From Candidatus Binatus soli (lineage in GTDB: Bacteria; Desulfobacterota; Binatia; Binatales; Binataceae), in NCBI GenBank assembly GCA_002479255.1, contig DLMJ01000005.1, forward strand, positions 8,664 to 72,663: a stretch of 64,000 bases of DNA, given 5' to 3'. Position 1 is the first letter of the stretch. Each line of letters opens with the position of its first letter. Shown piece by piece: positions 59,922 to 64,000 of the stretch. Under the pieces are notes generated by a model. It saw only the letters and a program-made list of their open reading frames with translations. It made no database searches and had not been told where the DNA came from. A program made the position numbers and the translations under genes.

Positions 59922-61022
59922 ATGAAATTTGACCTCGACGCCGTGCTTGTCGAGCACGGATGCGCCGGCTCTGCGCTGGCGACTCGCATCCTGCGCGCGC
60001 TCCCGCGCCATGTGCCCGTCACGCATGTCGCCGACAACGAAACGCGCGAGGCGACCAGGCCCGCATCCGGCGCGCGCGATCCGTTCGGGGCAGGCAAACG
60101 CCGGATGGTGATCGCGCGGCGCAAGACTCCGTTCCTGATGCCGTGTCACGCAGGCTCCTCCAGGTTCGCCTGCTGCGGATACCTCGTGCTCACGCTCGCA
60201 TCGAACTGCCCGATGGATTGCTCGTACTGCTTTCTGCAGGAATATCTGGCTGACAATCCCGCCTTCCAGGTATATGCGAATTTCACCGATTCATTCGACG
60301 AGCTCGACCGGCTCATCGACAACGCTCGCGGGCGCAGCTTCCGCGTCGGCACCGCTGAGCTGGCGGATTCGCTCGCGTTCGACTCGATTACCTCGATCAG
60401 CCGCGACCTGATCGATTTTTTTGCCTCGCGCGAGAATCTGACGCTCGAGCTCAAGACCAAAACCGACGAAATTGAAAATCTTCTTGGCCGGGACCCGCGC
60501 GGCCGCGTGCTCGTCTCGTGGACCTTGTCGCCGGCCGCCGTCTATCGAAGCTCGGAGCATCTCACCGCCTCGCCCACGGCGCGAATCGCGGCGGCGCGCG
60601 CCGTCCTCGACGCCGGCTACCGCGTGGCGTTCCATCTCGATCCGTTGATCGCATATCCCGGCGCCGAGCGCGATTACCTGCTGCTGATCGACGAGTTGCT
60701 GGACACTATCGCGCCCAAACAAATCTCGTTCATCAGCATGGGCGGTCTGCGGATGACGCCGCGGTTGCGCGGCGCCGCGCGCAGCCGTTTCCCCGGCGAT
60801 CCGATGCTATGCGGCGAGGACGTGCTCGCCGCTGACGGACGGTTTCGGACATTCACCCCGCTGCGCCTCAACCTCTACCGCACGCTTGCCGATCGCTTCC
60901 GAAAAGCGGGCGCGGAAATCCCCGCCTATCTGTGCATGGAAGCGGCCAGCGTCCATGAAAGCGTCTTTGGCGCGGCGCCCTCACGGCCGGCTATAATCGG
61001 CAACCGCCTCGCGCGCGACTGA
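59922..61022 (+). CDS. radical SAM protein of the spore-photoproduct-lyase (SplB)-like DNA repair family
   Basis: CPMDCSYCFLQ radical-SAM cluster motif in the SPL-like context (LTLASNC...YCFLQEYL), 366 aa. Confidence 0.65.
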   Translation: MKFDLDAVLVEHGCAGSALATRILRALPRHVPVTHVADNETREATRPASGARDPFGAGKRRMVIARRKTPFLMPCHAGSSRFACCGYLVLTLASNCPMDCSYCFLQEYLADNPAFQVYANFTDSFDELDRLIDNARGRSFRVGTAELADSLAFDSITSISRDLIDFFASRENLTLELKTKTDEIENLLGRDPRGRVLVSWTLSPAAVYRSSEHLTASPTARIAAARAVLDAGYRVAFHLDPLIAYPGAERDYLLLIDELLDTIAPKQISFISMGGLRMTPRLRGAARSRFPGDPMLCGEDVLAADGRFRTFTPLRLNLYRTLADRFRKAGAEIPAYLCMEAASVHESVFGAAPSRPAIIGNRLARD

Positions 61023-61054
61023 GCACGGGCCGCACACCCGCGGATTCAAAAATA

Positions 61055-61927
61055 ATGCCGACCCGTAAAAAATCTGCAACCCGGCCAAATTCGATCGCGC
61101 CTTCCAACGGACTTCTTCGCGGCTCGCGCGCGGCGATCGATCGGCCCATCGGCGTGTTCGATTCGGGAATCGGCGGACTCACCGTCCTGAAAGCGCTGAC
61201 CGCGGCTCTGCCCAATGAAGATTTCATCTACCTCGGCGACACTGCCCGGCTTCCCTACGGCACGAAATCCAACGAAGTCATCGTCCGCTACTCGAAGGAG
61301 AACACCGGCTTCCTGCTCGCCAAGGGAATCAAGATGCTGGTGGTCGCCTGCAACACGTCCAGCGCGGTCGCGCTCGACGCAATCGCGTCGGACACGATGA
61401 TCCCCGTGATCGGCGTGATCGAGCCGGGCGTGCGCGCCGCCGTCAAGGCTTCGCGCAACGGCAGAATAGGCGTGATCGGCACCGAAGCAACGATCGCGTC
61501 CGGCGCTTACACGCGCGCGATCCAGCGGCTAAGCCCGCGCTCCGAAATCTACACGCGCGCGTGCCCGCTGCTGGTGCCGCTGGCCGAGGAAGGATGGACC
61601 GACAATGCGGTCGCGGAATTGACCGTCGCCCACTACCTCGAGAGTCTCAAACAGAGCGGCATCGACACGCTGCTGCTGGGATGCACCCATTACCCGCTGC
61701 TGCGCGATATGTTCGCGCGAATTCTTGGGCCCCGCGTGAAGATCGTGGACTCCGCGACTGCGACCGCGGCCGACGTGCGCGACCGGCTGCGGATTCTCAA
61801 GCTCGCCCGGCGCACCGGCAAAGGGATTCAGAGTTTCTTCGTGACCGAGACCCCCGATCGTTTCGTCCGCGTCGGTCGCAGATTTCTCGGCCCGCAGGTC
61901 GAATCCGCCGTCCGAATCGAGCGCTAG
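61055..61927 (+). CDS. murI: glutamate racemase (ORF start probably over-extended; conserved core starts ~61145)
   Basis: IGVFDSGIGGLTVLKAL, YLGDTARLPYG, VVACNTSS, GCTHYPLL: canonical MurI motifs. Confidence 0.85.
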   Translation: MPTRKKSATRPNSIAPSNGLLRGSRAAIDRPIGVFDSGIGGLTVLKALTAALPNEDFIYLGDTARLPYGTKSNEVIVRYSKENTGFLLAKGIKMLVVACNTSSAVALDAIASDTMIPVIGVIEPGVRAAVKASRNGRIGVIGTEATIASGAYTRAIQRLSPRSEIYTRACPLLVPLAEEGWTDNAVAELTVAHYLESLKQSGIDTLLLGCTHYPLLRDMFARILGPRVKIVDSATATAADVRDRLRILKLARRTGKGIQSFFVTETPDRFVRVGRRFLGPQVESAVRIER

Positions 61928-62117
61928 TCCGCTCTCCTTACCCTGGTGCAGGGAATGACCCCCTGCCTACCGACCCGATTTCGGGATAAGATGATTTCCA
62001 GCTAAACTTGCGGAGTTGTTTCACTCTTTCACTGTGCCACCGGTCAGACCGCATCGCTCTGGCTCGTCGAGAACCTGATCTCAAAAAAACACTTGCCGCG
62101 AAAATCGCTCATATAAG

Positions 62118-64000
<1,883 letters not shown>

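Overview
High-GC (~65-68%) bacterial chromosomal window. The genes are consistent with an uncultivated soil or sediment lineage (Deltaproteobacteria, Acidobacteria or Rokubacteria-like), but no taxon can be assigned from the sequence alone. Genes are densely packed, so six-frame translation produces many long antisense ORFs; these are listed as rejected.

Main blocks:
- 1-8931 (minus strand): a tightly coupled respiratory operon encoding Alternative Complex III (actA-actB-actC-actD-actF) followed by a caa3-type cytochrome c oxidase (coxB-coxA). coxA is truncated at the window edge.
- 9036-16106: housekeeping genes (DapL-like aminotransferase, folK, transaldolase, ispG) plus a large secreted S53 sedolisin-type peptidase carrying a tandemly duplicated Thr/Ala/Pro linker.
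- 17005-21945: CoA-transferase III, a promoter-driven two-gene cassette of unknown function (HExxH protein with polybasic tail plus partner), a lone FtsX-like permease, and a radical-SAM/SPASM anSME-like enzyme with a SEC-C tail.
- 22079-27384 (minus strand): thiolase/DUF35/hotdog-hydratase acyl-CoA module with a PHP phosphoesterase, alpha/beta hydrolase and methyltransferase, headed by an excisionase-family HTH gene.
- 27790-36352: gltA, dedA, a GH13 glucosidase, two GNAT genes (one flanked by 32-bp direct repeats next to a second, degenerate Xis-like HTH), glnA, and a DUF1646-like membrane protein.
- 36474-52893: porin, XRE regulator, two MFS transporters, IMPase, pgpA, cinA, pspA, an NtrC-type two-component pair, TauE/DUF1634, and an SDR.
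- 53038-58440: a lower-GC (~50-56%) islet starting with a third Xis-like HTH gene. It contains a Mrr-like PD-(D/E)xK nuclease gene interrupted by an in-frame TAG, immediately followed (4 bp) by a Zn-ribbon plus nucleoside-2-deoxyribosyltransferase-like protein. It ends with an EngB GTPase bearing an unusual low-GC Cys/His-rich C-terminal extension.
- 58471-64000: GT2 glycosyltransferase, an SPL-like radical SAM protein, murI and secA.

No rRNA, tRNA or CRISPR arrays were recognised. The most interesting candidate for an undescribed system is the low-GC islet module at 54880-56811 and its EngB fusion neighbour. The HExxH cassette at 18318-19461 and the repeat-flanked GNAT/Xis locus at 32498-33507 come next.
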